63,624 bases of DNA, filler included, from Octopus bimaculoides (GCF_001194135.2; 7 parts of 6 records of this genome joined end to end with filler, not necessarily neighbours in it), one strand, 5' to 3'; numbered from the whole stretch's first letter, positions 13,440-25,802 are shown. Numbers and translations are program-made. The notes: a model not told the origin generated them from the letters alone.

Positions 13440-15359
13440 GTATATTTCTTAACTTTGTAAAACGGCTATGACTTTCTCGTGATTGGAATTCATTGCTATA
13501 CCTTTCAACACGAAGTTTGGGGCCAAGAAACAAAACACGTTTATGAGCTAATGTGATGGGGCTGATTCCAAAAATGATCTTAGTTTTTCATGGTTAGCTA
13601 CCGTTTTTGCTGTACTGAAATTGCTCAATTTTGGAGAAAAGGTCAATTTACGATCTTGGCTGATGACAAAATTTAGTTATAAAAGGTCGTAGAAACCCAT
13701 GAATTTTAGGTAGGCCGAGCAATTTATATCAGCCACTTGAAATAAACTATTTTTATTCCAAAAAAAAAGTGTTTTTGAGTCAAAACGTTTAAAATAGAAG
13801 TACCAAATTTTTCCAATTTATTGACAAAATTCAAATTAATTGATTAAATTTATCAGTAAGACACTTTAGTAAACCTGATAATTAAGGTGACATTATAAAA
13901 CTGAAACCCTAAAATCTTCTGTTTGATATGCATAAATTTATCCCATGACTTTTATCCCTTCAATACGGAAGGAAACCAAGCACATTAAGAGCTTTTGTTT
14001 TAATAGCTGCACAAATCTCCAAAAAAAGACATCCCAATTAAATGCACCTGTTCCATTGTACATGATGAACATCATAGAAACGCTTTAACCACAACGTCTG
14101 CCCTCCCTGCGGGATAACGAAGATACGAAGTAGAATCTTTCCGTCATTTTTTTTATTTACAGTTTTACAAGTCTTACAGTAGGACATTGGGAACGATCAA
14201 ATTATTTAATGTGAATACGCCAAGTGTAATGTAAATGCTCAACCAACGCATGCTCTTTTTTAATCATAGAGATAGATATCAAATGACATGGCTTCAACGA
14301 GAGGATACAAAAATGTTCCCAACTTATTTTGATATATATGCGGTGAGTTCACACCGAAAGCCAACAGGAAACCGATATCTGACTTTTACAAGAAAGCTAA
14401 TCGTGATAACTTTCACGTCGAGTTGGTGATTAGAATAAATTCTGGGTCCCTCTCATTGTTTGCAAGACATGTTTGGAACACATGAGAGAGTGGAATTCAG
14501 GTACCCGAAAATCGCTGAGATTCGCTATTCCTGTGATCTAGCGTGAGCCAAAGAACCACTCTGACGAATGTTACTTCTGCTCAGTCAGTGTTGCAGGACT
14601 GATCCAAAAGAAAGGCAGATCTATCGACTATACCAGTCTTCATGCCGCTATTCGACCAGTGTCGCATTCAGATGATTTACCAATGCCAGGTTTTCACGAA
14701 AATTTGTTGAAACCTGTTGAATGTGACGATACTAATGTAAATGAGTGACACAGCGAAAACGATCCTGACTATGTTCCCAAAACATTGCCAGAGCCGCTTA
14801 ATTAAAATGAGCAGAATGATCTGGTTGGAGACAAAAAAGGACGATGGGACAAACGAATGATGGCTGACTACTGCTGGAATATCAAAAGGGACTAAAAGAA
14901 CATTGAACATGACAAATAATCATGAAAGAGAAAATTCTTTACCATAATTCTTATGTTCACGAAGGTTTTATTTCTTCTGTTAGTTTCGTTAATGATTTGA
15001 TGAAAATACTTGTTGCTCTTGGTATATTCAATCGTGTTATTTTCAAAGATTTAAGGTCTGATTGTTATTGCAAAAATAGTATTTCTCAATACGTAGGCCA
15101 ATGTTTCTTGGTTTAATTACGAATTGAGAGGTTCTTACGATTTTACTTTGATAAATATTGGCATAGAACAATATCAAATATATAGAAAACAAACGAAAAA
15201 ATGCTTTTTGTTTTTCAAACATGAGGCATTTCTGTATATGGAAAACGGTAGCTAACCAAGACAAAGTAAGATCATTTTCAGATTCAGCACAAAAGAATTA
15301 GCTACAAAATATGTTTGGTGTCTCGACACCAATTCAAAAATTTATTTTACTGACCAGTG
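13440..15359 (+). mobile_element. Chapaev-type (CMC superfamily) DNA transposon, internally deleted
   Basis: WVPLIVCKTCLEHMREW...I*REPKNHSDECYFC at 14443-14580 and GRWDKRMMADYCWNIKRD at 14839-14892. The right end reads CAC... on the minus strand (15359). Subterminal inverted similarity links ~13530-13605 and ~15241-15335. The left boundary is approximate. Confidence 0.72.
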
Positions 15360-16084
15360 CTATCTATATGATGTTTCATACAACTGTTTGCGTCAAAGGT
15401 GTCCTTGATGTTAGCAGTTTATGTGAAAAACGTAGTGTTCTATGTTTGCATGTCTGGAATTATATGTACGATCGCCAATAGACTGTGAGCTTCAACTTAC
15501 CATAGCTTGTAGCTTAGGAACAATGCTAGACAACATTCAATTACTTGCCAAAGTTAATGTATTTGAAAATAATTGGAGCGTTGATAAAAGGATAAAACAT
15601 GGCCACAATGATTATAATTAATACCAGTGAAAAATATAAATAATCACATTTGAAATTTAATTACATGCTGCAATCGTAAGGATACATTCAGTTTCTTACA
15701 AAGCAACGCCCACATCGTGTATATTTGGAAGAAACATTACCGAGGCAAATTTAAAGACCATAAAATTCAAGATCACAAATGATCAGCCAGTATTCGTTAT
15801 GACTTGTTAACGTGCCTATGAATGCATGTATGTATGCCTCAATGTATGTGTGCGTAAGTGTATGTATGTATGTATGTATGTATNNNNNNNNNNTCGTACG
15901 TACCAACGTATTTACGTATATACGGAGTCTGATCAATAAGTATCTACACTGTTCCCATAGTAACGTAGCTAAGGCACGCTGAGTGAAACCGCATGGCATA
16001 GATTGATCTTGATCTCTGTTGTAGATGTTACGGTGACATAAATAGATATACATATATACACCGACATAAATACTATAGTTAGTG

Positions 16085-16350
16085 ACGAACGTTCTAGGAT
16101 ACCCGCAAGCAGCAGAACTGAGAAAGACATCGCAAATATGCTTGTAGCTATGAAGACAAATAATTGAATCACCATCTGTGAGTTATTAGGGGATGGGCAC
16201 ATTAGCTACGGTTCAGTTCATTCAATTATCACAGAAAATTCGGGTATGAGACGCGCGTCCGCCAAGTTTGTGCCAAAACTGCTTTTAGCTCACCAAAAAG
16301 ACACTCGGTGTGTAGTTGCACAAGATCTCTTTGACTGTCGAGAACGATAA
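16085..16350 (+). mobile_element. Mariner transposase N-terminal fragment
   Basis: ISYGSVHSIITENSGMRRASAKFVPKLL from 16201 matches the mariner HTH/WVP-linker region. Confidence 0.75.
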
Positions 16351-16604
16351 AAACTTCTTGAAAACTTTGCGTAGGCCTCTGAGCAGGCATCACAAAGCTT
16401 TTGGTAAAATTTGATGCGATATCTGATCAATATGAGCCAAACAACTTCACTCTGCATTCTTAAGCTTCATCACTATGGCAAGAGACCTGATACTTATTGA
16501 TCAGGCCGCGTACATACATACATACATACAGACATACATACATGCATACACACATACATACATACACATATATATGTGTGTGTATATATATATATATATA
16601 TACA

Positions 16605-17158
16605 TGAAGTCTTGTGTCAGTGTGGCCGGAGACGTGGCAAGCCTATTCATGACCTGGTGGGACAAAAAACTGAAAACAACTCTCGAAGAACACTCAATAA
16701 CATTCAAACGATACGGGAGATATGTGGATGACATTAACATCGTAATCAAAACACCATCAAACATATCCCCCCTGTGCGGTCCATGGGAGGGGCAAAAACA
16801 TATTCAAGACTTCATGCATCGCATGCAATTTTCGGGATACAGCCAGAAAGATAGAATCCGGGTATACAGAGGAGCTAACAAGAAATTTGAGGAGATTGTT
16901 GTCAAAGATACAAATGGAACACAACCTAGATACCGTAACAAACAGTGGAATAGACTACAAAGGATTAGTGCAACTACAAAACAAACAAAAAGACAACGTG
17001 GTACAATACCGACAAGTTCCAGGGAGTAATGTTTGTGGACGCCACGCCACTCGGAGAACTGGCCCGCAGATTTCGAAAAATCCTCAAAAGTACCAAGTTG
17101 AGGATAAATGTTATAGAAAAACCAGGGAGATCAATTAGATCAATAATATGTAAAACAT
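16605..17158 (+). mobile_element. Penelope-like element RT/thumb fragment
   Basis: GDVASLFMTWWDKKL...YGRYVDDINIV, then RMQFSGYSQKDR and MFVDATPLGELARRFR...INVIEKPGRSIRSII. It is truncated by a gap; 17260-17990 is likely its 3' flank. Confidence 0.75.
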
Positions 17159-17984
17159 ANNNNNNNNNNNNNNNNNNNNNNNNNNNNNNNNNNNNNNNNN
17201 NNNTTAATTAATTAANNNNNNNNNNNNNNNNNNNNNNNNNNNNNNNNNNNNNNNNNNNNTATATGTAAGGATACATTTTTCTAAATCTTGTACGACTCTA
17301 TATTTCTATCAACCACTTCACCCTTATTCGTCCATTCCATTCTTCGTCTTTCGTTCCCCCTCGTTCACATTCCCTTGCATTCTCTTCTTGCTCACTTTCC
17401 CTCCACTTTTCACTTCACTGTGTCCCTGTCATTTTTCTCGCCCCTCCTTAATTCTTTTGTCCTTCTGCCTCTACCTCTCTCTCTCTTCTCTTCCCACGTG
17501 ACCGGCGTTCGTCTAAGCCTGATCTTTCTTTTGTGGCCTGCCATTGTGCGTGCGACATCGATATTCCTCCCTGTGCCTGTGAAATCTTGTATCCCTGCCG
17601 TAAGGCTTTATTACTACCCACGCCAGCTTAATTTAATTCGCCCTTAGTCGTAAGACATCTGTTGTTATGTCCTGTTATTATTTTGATTTTTATTGTATTT
17701 GTGTAACATTGTTCGATATTTTTCCGTCCTTGTTTTTGTATACATTCGCTGCTTTCTTTCAAGGAATCTAATGCTCTTAGATTAGTTTTTCCTTGGGGCT
17801 GGCCAGATTGGAGCAATATCGAGAATAACCAACCGAAATTGCAAAGATAATCTGGATCTCGACTGAGGAAAGAAAACTCGGAATGACCTGTCCTTGTTTT
17901 CTTTGTATCGTCTATCTGGATGTTTTGTTGTCCCTTTCTTGTATCACCTAACTATCTGGATGTTTTGCTTTCTTGTCCCATTTT

Positions 17985-18015
<31 letters not shown>

Positions 18016-20694
18016 NNNNNNNNNNNNNNNNNNNNNNNNNNNNNNNNNNNNNNNNNNNNNNNNNNNNNNNNNNNNNNNNNNNNNNNNNNNNNNNNNNNNN
18101 NNNNNNNNNNNNNNNNNNNNNNNNNNNNNNNNNNNNNNNNNNNNNNNNNNNNNNNNNNNNNNNNNNNNNNNNNNNNNNNNNNNNNNNNNNNNNNNNNNNN
18201 NNNNNNNNNNNNNNNNNNNNNNNNNNNNNNNNNNNNNNNNNNNNNNNNNNNNNNNNNNNNNNNNNNNNNNNNNNNNNNNNNNNNNNNNNNNNNNNNNNNN
18301 NNNNNNNNNNNNNNNNNNNNNNNNNNNNNNNNNNNNNNNNNNNNNNNNNNNNNNNNNNNNNNNNNNNNNNNNNNNNNNNNNNNNNNNNNNNNNNNNNNNN
18401 NNNNNNNNNNNNNNNNNNNNNNNNNNNNNNNNNNNNNNNNNNNNNNNNNNNNNNNNNNNNNNNNNNNNNNNNNNNNNNNNNNNNNNNNNNNNNNNNNNNN
18501 NNNATACGCCATAAACACCGGGAAACCGGGTCCATGAGCCTGGCTAGTCTTTAAAAGGGCGAAGAAAGAAGAGAAATATATATTATGAATTAGTGTTGCA
18601 AGATTTCTGATATTAAACCGTGTGCTTAAACAGATATTGTTGTCTTTTGAGATGGTTATTTTTTTTTTTTGCCAAATAAACATATGTACTATATGTTCAT
18701 TCTTCACTCCTTATATAACTGTTCTTATTTTAACTCATGGCCATTGTTCGGAAATCTTTTGCCACACATCTGTGACCTCTTCAATGACACTTTCCGTGAA
18801 TTAAAATAAGAACAGAAAGTTATAACACTCATAACTTGCCTGAACATCTTGCGCACCTACAGGTGAAACTCACAGTAGCAATAGATTGACTCATTATTAG
18901 TCTCTACTATATTATATATTCTAGAGTACTCTACTATATATAGGGTACTCTACTATATATAGAGTACCCTTTATTCTGACAGTTACCGCAAAACGTTTAT
19001 ACATACAGTCAGGCAGACAGAAAGCAGACATACATAAACTTAACTACATATATGTACACATACGCAGACACATGGTGTGAGTTATAATTTAAATTACGCA
19101 ACAACTAACCATTATTTAGAATTCCACGTGTATTCCAGTTCGTTTTATTGTCTTGGTATCGTTTGGTTGGTACCCGCTGCTGATCTAGTCAATGCTGCAA
19201 ACAATGACATCCTTCCGGAAAGTTGCGCAGATGAATCGAATTCGAGACTTCGTGGCTGCTATGTGAACTTCTTACTCATTCAACCGTACTGCACGCAGAN
19301 NNNNNNNNNNNNNNNNNNNNNNNNNNNNNNNNNNNNNNNNNNNNNNNNNNNNNNNNNNNNNNNNNNNNNNNNNNNNNNNNNNNNNNNNNNNNNNNNNNNN
19401 NNNNNNNNNNNNNNNNNNNNNNNNNNNNNNNNNNNNNNNNNNNNNNNNNNNNNNNNNNNNNNNNNNNNNNNNNNNNNNNNNNNNNNNNNNNNNNNNNNNN
19501 NNNNNNNNNNNNNNNNNNNNNNNNNNNNNNNNNNNNNNNNNNNNNNNNNNNNNNNNNNNNNNNNNNNNNNNNNNNNNNNNNNNNNNNNNNNNNNNNNNNN
19601 NNNNNNNNNNNNNNNNNNNNNNNNNNNNNNNNNNNNNNNNNNNNNNNNNNNNNNNNNNNNNNNNNNNNNNNNNNNNNNNNNNNNNNNNNNNNNNNNNNNN
19701 NNNNNNNNNNNNNNNNNNNNNNNNNNNNNNNNNNNNNNNNNNNNNNNNNNNNNNNNNNNNNNNNNNNNNNNNNNNNNNNNNNNNNNNNNNNNNNNNNNNN
19801 NNNNNNNNNNNNNNNNNNNNNNNNNNATGTAATGCATGTATATATATGCGTGTGTGTGTGTATGTATATATATATATATTTATATATAAATACGTGTGCA
19901 TGTTCGTGTGTTGAAACTAGAACCATTATATACCTACAGATGTATACATATTCACATACACATGCATACAAATACACCCACATGGCGCGGGTGTTCACAC
20001 AGTGACAATCCTACATGCATTCCTGCTTTAGAGAACTACCAGAAATTTTAGGAGTTGATGTATAATGCAATTATAATCAATACCATAAAAATGACAGGAA
20101 CTCATTTTCTCGACTTCAGAATAAATGAATACGTGTCCGCGGCGAACTTTGTTTTAAGAAGGTAAAGGGACATAAATAGAATGTACAAGAAATTAGTTCC
20201 CCTTAGATAAACATTATCAAATGAACATCTAAGTATCTCTTACATAACAATATTTAATCACTCGCATAACGATGTACAAGGAACTACATTTCAATATCAA
20301 ATAACGAGCAAACATTTGTCATAAATTTTGTTCTAGAATTGACATATTTTTATTTTAAAGACCGAAAAGAATAGTTATTTCTTAATTCGGATTAAGTCCA
20401 GCATTGTGGGTAATTACGGTACCCTTCTCACAGTGTACATTGTTTTAATGACTCTAAATTGTAACATATAGAGTATTTGTAAAATTCCTTGAAACTAAAT
20501 AATACTACTGTGAAATTTACTTGATGAAAATATAGGGAGTTCCATGAAAATTTTATATCAATTTCACCCAAAGGTTTGAAGGCATACAGGTCTTGTAGCA
20601 TATCTGAAAAACAGTATGTCCCGAAATGATTGCAATGTACTGCATTGCTTTTTTTTTTTTAGAAAAGAAATGTTTTATTGTTTCATCTTTTGTT

Positions 20695-21102
20695 CATGAT
20701 GATGATGATGAATGATGATGATGATAGGAAGGATAATGATGAAAGGAAAATGATAGAAACGATAATAGTGATGAAAATATTGATGTTAACAATAACTATA
20801 ATGATGATGGCGGATGATGACGATGACGATGACGATGATGATGATGATGATGATCATTATGATGATAATGATGATGATATGATAATGATGAAAATGATGA
20901 TGATTATGATGTAAAGAAGATCAGAAAGATGATATAATGATGGTGATGAACTGATGATGTTGGTATGAGCAATAAAGATAATGAGACGAATGGTATAAAC
21001 GATAATGATAATGAGAACGATTATGTTAGTGATGATGGTGATGATGATATTGATGATGATGACGATGATGATGATGACGATGATGATGACGATAATGATG
21101 AC
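20695..21102. repeat. Degenerate (GAT)n trinucleotide tract
   Basis: About 400 bp of GAT/GAC/AAT repeats ending just before a polypyrimidine tract. Confidence 0.9.
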
Positions 21103-21103
21103 G

Positions 21104-21134
21104 CTTTTCTCTTTTTATTTTTATCTTTTAATAG
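21104..21134 (+). promoter_or_regulatory. Putative 3' splice acceptor (polypyrimidine tract + AG) ahead of the peptide exon
   Basis: CTTTTCTCTTTTTATTTTTATCTTTTAATAG|G with AG at 21133-21134, about 180 nt upstream of the ATG at 21312. Confidence 0.5.
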
Positions 21135-21311
21135 GTTTCAAAAAATTGTTAGAAAAACGAAAACGAAAGACAGGAGGATATTAATCTGGTGCATTACCAC
21201 ACATCAAACCAGTCGACACATCCCGATATTGAAACTACACCGAACGGATTAATTGAAAAAAACAAATCATTCAATCAATTTAACTGTTTGTTTATGTGCA
21301 ACATACATAAA

Positions 21312-21581
21312 ATGAGAATTACTACAGCCGTCACACTAGCACTTTTGCTAGTTGTTATTCATCCAATTAAACTGTCGTTGGCGGCCCAAACTCCATGTAA
21401 ACCGTGTAAAATAAATGATGAACTCATATTGCAGAAAGCCTGGGTCTGTGGTGAATGTGGCTCCTTATACAAGGACACTGCAATAGAGTACTGTTGCGTA
21501 TGCGACCAGGGATTCTATGACAAATGCCTCATCGCTACGGGTATCGATAAGGACAGAGACACTAATCTTAATCCGCACTAA
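21312..21581 (+). CDS. Secreted 8-cysteine peptide precursor, 89 aa (neurohormone/toxin-like; possible CHH/ITP-like fold)
   Basis: ATG in A-rich context (CATAAAATG). Signal-like MRITTAVTLALLLVVIHPIKLSLA is followed by AQTPCKPCKINDELILQKAWVCGECGSLYKDTAIEYCCVCDQGFYDKCLIATGIDKDRDTNLNPH*. There are no stops, frameshifts or transposon motifs. Confidence 0.85.
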   Translation: MRITTAVTLALLLVVIHPIKLSLAAQTPCKPCKINDELILQKAWVCGECGSLYKDTAIEYCCVCDQGFYDKCLIATGIDKDRDTNLNPH

Positions 21582-21793
21582 CATTCCTGAACGATCTCCT
21601 TTTTTTTTTCTGTTGGCGGATTGGCAGGATTGTTAAAGCGAAGATTAAAAATAACTCGTATTTACTTCTCTTTACGTTCTGAGTTCACATCCTGCTAAAG
21701 TCAACTTTGTTTTTCATCCTTACTAGTACCACTAGTAAAATACTTGGACCAATACAATTTAAAGATACTCATCTCTCCAAATTATTATTATTG

Positions 21794-21831
<38 letters not shown>

Positions 21832-22567
21832 GTTGTTGTTGTTGTTGTTGTTGTTGTCGTTGTTGTAATCGCTATTATTGTCGTTGATTTCATTTGACAA
21901 AATATAAATCTAAGGTCTTGTGGCAAAAGAATACAGTCGAGTCAATTGATTTCAGCAAGGTTTCTTGAAAGTTTTTTTTATAAGCCCTGTTATCTATGAA
22001 ACAAAAAGTCAATTCTGTTAGTAATTTGAACCTTGATTGTAGAAGGGCAAAATTAAAATGTCGTATGATCATTTAGTCCATTGTTCTAATTTTTATGCCA
22101 ACCCTCCAATCCCTATTATTACTACTGATGTTATCCTCTTCCAGTTATTTCGCGCCATTTACTTCTTGGCAATTTGCGGAGTAAAAGTTAGATGGACACT
22201 TTTACGAGATATTTCCCTTCATTAACACAGTTAAATCTATCGTAAAAGGCCAAAGCTTGCCTATTAAAGGCGCCATTTTGTTCGAAAATCTTAGCGTCAT
22301 CTCTATATTGCTTTTGTTTCAATAAATAAACAAACGACAAGATGAACTGGAGTGTGAGAAGGAGAAGAGGAAAGCTTCAGGACCTGTATTACTTCTCAGA
22401 GACTTATAAGTTGGTAGCAGTTGATCTTCGGTTTGATAATCGGCTGTCAGCGTCTCCAGAAATTGTTATTGTTATTATTATTATTTTATGAAAACTCACA
22501 GCTTATTTTGCTGGGTATGATGGGAAGTGGCAGCTGTCCACAGCCAACAGACTAAGGTGACAATTGT

Positions 22568-22659
22568 TTCTTCTTCTTCTTCTTCTTCTTCTTCTTCTTC
22601 TTCTTCTTCTTCTTCTTCTTCTTCTTCTTCTTCTTCTTCTTCTTCTTCTTCTTCTTCTT
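22568..22659. repeat. (TTC)n microsatellite running into a gap
   Basis: Perfect TTC repeats. Confidence 0.95.
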
Positions 22660-23397
22660 NNNNNNNNNNNNNNNNNNNNNNNNNNNNNNNNNNNNNNNNN
22701 NNNNNNNNNNNNNNNNNNNNNNNNNNNNNNNNNNNNNNNNNNNNNNNNNNNNNNNNNNNNNNNNNNNNNNNNNNNNNNNNNNNNNNNNNNNNNNNNNNNN
22801 NNNNNNNNNNNNNNNNNNNNNNNNNNNNNNNNNNNNNNNNNNNNNNNNNNNNNNNNNNNNNNNNNNNNNNNNNNNNNNNNNNNNNNNNNNNNNNNNNNNN
22901 NNNNNNNNNNNNNNNNNNNNNNNNNNNNNNNNNNNNNNNNNNNNNNNNNNNNNNNNNNNNNNNNNNNNNNNNNNNNNNNNNNNNNNNNNNNNNNNNNNNN
23001 NNNNNNNNNNNNNNNNNNNNNNNNNNNNNNNNNNNNNNNNNNNNNNNNNNNNNNNNNNNNNNNNNNNNNNNNNNNNNNNNNNNNNNNNNNNNNNNNNNNN
23101 NNNNNNNNNNNNNNNNNNNNNNNNNNNNNNNNNNNNNNNNNNNNNNNNNNNNNNNNNNNNNNNNNNNNNNNNNNNNNNNNNNNNNNNNNNNNNNNNNNNN
23201 NNNNNNNNNNNNNNNNNNNNNNNNNNNNNNNNNNNNNNNNNNNNNNNNNNNNNNNNNNNNNNNNNNNNNNNNNNNNNNNNNNNNNNNNNNNNNNNNNNNN
23301 NNNNNNNNNNNNNNNNNNNNNNNNNNNNNNNNNNNNNNNNNNNNNNNNNNNNNNNNNNNNNNNNNNNNNNNNNNNNNNNNNNNNNNNNNNNNNNNNN

Positions 23398-23440
<43 letters not shown>

Positions 23441-23579
23441 CACACATATATGAAATATACGATGTATGTCAGATTTAATTGTAAAATACAAAACCCCTCC
23501 CCTTCCAGTTCTCTGATCTCCAAGTCTTATTTCAAGTATCAGCGAATTACGTTGTGTTGTTACTGTGGTAGTTGTTGTT

Positions 23580-23610
23580 GCTATTATCATCGTTGTTGTT
23601 GTTGTTGTTG

Positions 23611-23659
<49 letters not shown>

Positions 23660-23738
23660 CGTCGTCGTCGTCGTCGTCATCATCATCGTCATCATCATCT
23701 TCATCATCATCATACTCATCATGATCATGATCATCATC
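23580..23738. repeat. Compound microsatellite (TGT)n(TTA)n(TCG)n(CAT)n
   Basis: Successive trinucleotide blocks read directly. Confidence 0.9.
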
Positions 23739-23970
23739 AAGGCAGTGAGCTGGCAGAATCGTTAGAGCGTTGGAGAAAGTGCTTTGCGGTATTTGTCCCG
23801 ACTCTACATTTCGAATTCAAACCCCTTCAAGGTCAACTTTGCCTGTCTACTTTTCGGGTTCGATAGCATAAGGTACCGGTCAAATACATGGGTCGATGTA
23901 ATAAAACCTCATCTGCTCCCCTCCCACCCCAAGAAAAAATGTTGAGGTCTTCTGCCAAAAATGATATGAA
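23739..23970 (+). mobile_element. tRNA-type SINE, family A
   Basis: AAGGCAGTGAGCTGGCAGAATCGTTAG...GGTCAACTTTGCC...GGGTCGATGTAAT. Confidence 0.7.
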
Positions 23971-23971
23971 A

Positions 23972-24161
23972 TGTTGGCTTCAAATTTTGGCACGAAACCA
24001 ACAATTTCGTTGGAGGGGGTAAATCGGTTACATCAACCCCAGTGCTTTTTTATTGACCCCAAAAGGGATGAATGGCAAAGTCGAACTCTGTGGAATTTGA
24101 ACTCAGAAAGTAAATGTCGCTAAGCATTTTACCCAGCATTATTCTGCCAGCTCACAGCCTT
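23972..24161 (-). mobile_element. tRNA-type SINE, family A (inverted relative to neighbour)
   Basis: Plus strand GGCAAAGTCGAACTCTGTGGAATTTGAACTCAGAA...ATTCTGCCAGCTCACAGCCTT is the reverse complement of the family head. Confidence 0.7.
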
Positions 24162-24814
24162 AGAATAGAAAGAAATAATATAAATGCGATAGAGTGGCAG
24201 AAACGGTAGAGGGCTGGAGCAATGAGGAAAAAAGAAATCCCTGTTACTCCCCTTTACATTCTCGGTTCAAACCACACTGGAGGGAACTTTGCCGTTCATA
24301 CTACCCTCATTCCACCTTTCTCCACTCAGAGTTAATAAAATACATACCGAGCCTATACAGGGATCAGTCAATCGATTAAAACAAAAAACCAAAACATTAC
24401 CTACAAAAGTTGCTATGGTTTTGCGTTTGTCTGATAACTCAATGTTTAAATGTCAAAATTTATATAATAATAATGATGGTAATAATAAAGTTATATGTAA
24501 TCCCATCTTCACATGTACACGAAAACTCTATTTAAAAATGAATATTTAATGAAAAAAAAAAAACAAAGATAAAAAATAAAAATATGAAAAATGCTTAAAA
24601 AATTATATTTAATGCAAAATAAAATAATGCCAAATAATATCTATTCTTCAAAGTTTATTTTGTTATAACGCTCACCCATTCTCTGTCTAATTGTTCCTCT
24701 CTTACATTATATATATGTGCATATATATATTGTACAAACATAATACATACATACAGACATACATACATATATATATATATATATAATATAATATAATATA
24801 TATGTATATATATG

Positions 24815-25746
24815 GTTACTATGTTGCATGAGCGCTGTACTACCTCTCTATCCAACTTGACCCATGAGGACAGAAGGGCTTTCTTCAGATCTGATACATT
24901 TGGTTAAGAGCGAGGAGAAACATAACTCTCTAAGATTTGACCAGATAACAAAGTCCATGAGATTGATGTCTGGACTTGAGGCGGGGCCATGTCGTGTTGT
25001 CCCCAAAACTGCTGAAATGCTCTTTATACCATGTCTGTATCAAATTGAATATAACGGTCACCAAAGGTTTTTGCGACCTAGCGTAACGATTTCCCGTCCA
25101 ACATTTTCACTCAAACTTCACAGTTGACGAAGATCAAGGGAGACTTTGATCCATCACATGCAACTGCGGCCCACACCATGAGTGAAGCTGGCTTCTGACG
25201 GCATAATTGACTCCTGCTACCTTCGAGTAAGTCTCCTACATTACGTGCATAAGACCTGTAACTCTGCCTGTTGGTAACTGCCTCCACGGTGAAAATCTTC
25301 TATTCAGACACTTTGTTAGCGACTCACTTCATCTCAGCTAACATGGTTTTACCCCTGTCGAGTCTTTTCCTCTTGAAAGTTGCTGAAATTAACTGCTAGG
25401 ATTGTTTCTTGTATGCAGTTAGTTTAAAATCCTCTTTGCAAATCTTGTGATTTGACGATTTCGAAATATCAAGCGCTTTTGCAATTCTTCTTGCACTCCT
25501 GCGGGGATTTCGTTTCATTCATTTCTTCACAGCTTCAACAGATTGTTTGGTACGAATTGATCATTTCCTATCAGGAAGCGGTTTGCCAGAGGTAGTAGCG
25601 GACTCCATATATCGTCTTTAGGCATTGAACACTGTTTTACGGCACACATTCACTGTTTTGTTATGCCCTTGTTGCTCACTCCAGCTGTTGAACCGATATT
25701 CTTTAGGAAGAGTTTTAAAAATGGATAAATCTTTCTGGGACACCCT
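24815..25746 (-). mobile_element. Tc1/mariner superfamily element (maT/DD37D-like), degenerate
   Basis: Minus frames give KRNPRRSARRIAKALDIS, KIFTVEAVTN, SLMVWAAVACDGSKSPLIF and SDLKKALLSSWVKLD. There is a terminal GGGTGTCCCAGAAAG next to TA at ~25746. Confidence 0.8.
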
Positions 25747-25802
25747 ACATATATATGAGAGAAAGAGAAAATGGAATTCACGAGATTCTTTACTAATCAC
25801 TA

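Noticed and set aside
17160-17259. TTAATTAATTAA motif, also at 32786, 40843, 56610, 60540 and 62495
   Set aside because: It always sits inside N runs (44 N + 12 + 44 N = 100 bp where counted) and has stops in all six frames, so it is a synthetic scaffolding linker.
20678-21252. Asp/Met-rich ORFs resembling acidic biomineralisation proteins
   Set aside because: They are translations of a degenerate (GAT)n tract with no signal peptide, and the second ORF reads through an apparent splice acceptor.
21189-21311. 41-aa N-terminal extension of the peptide ORF
   Set aside because: It starts at GTG and would bury the signal peptide. The ATG at 21312 has good context and directly begins the hydrophobic leader.
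21384-21581. Insulin-like or eclosion-hormone identity for the peptide
   Set aside because: CC-x1-C-x7-C does not fit the insulin A-chain CC-x3-C-x8-C, there is no dibasic-flanked C-peptide, and the spacing does not match eclosion hormone.
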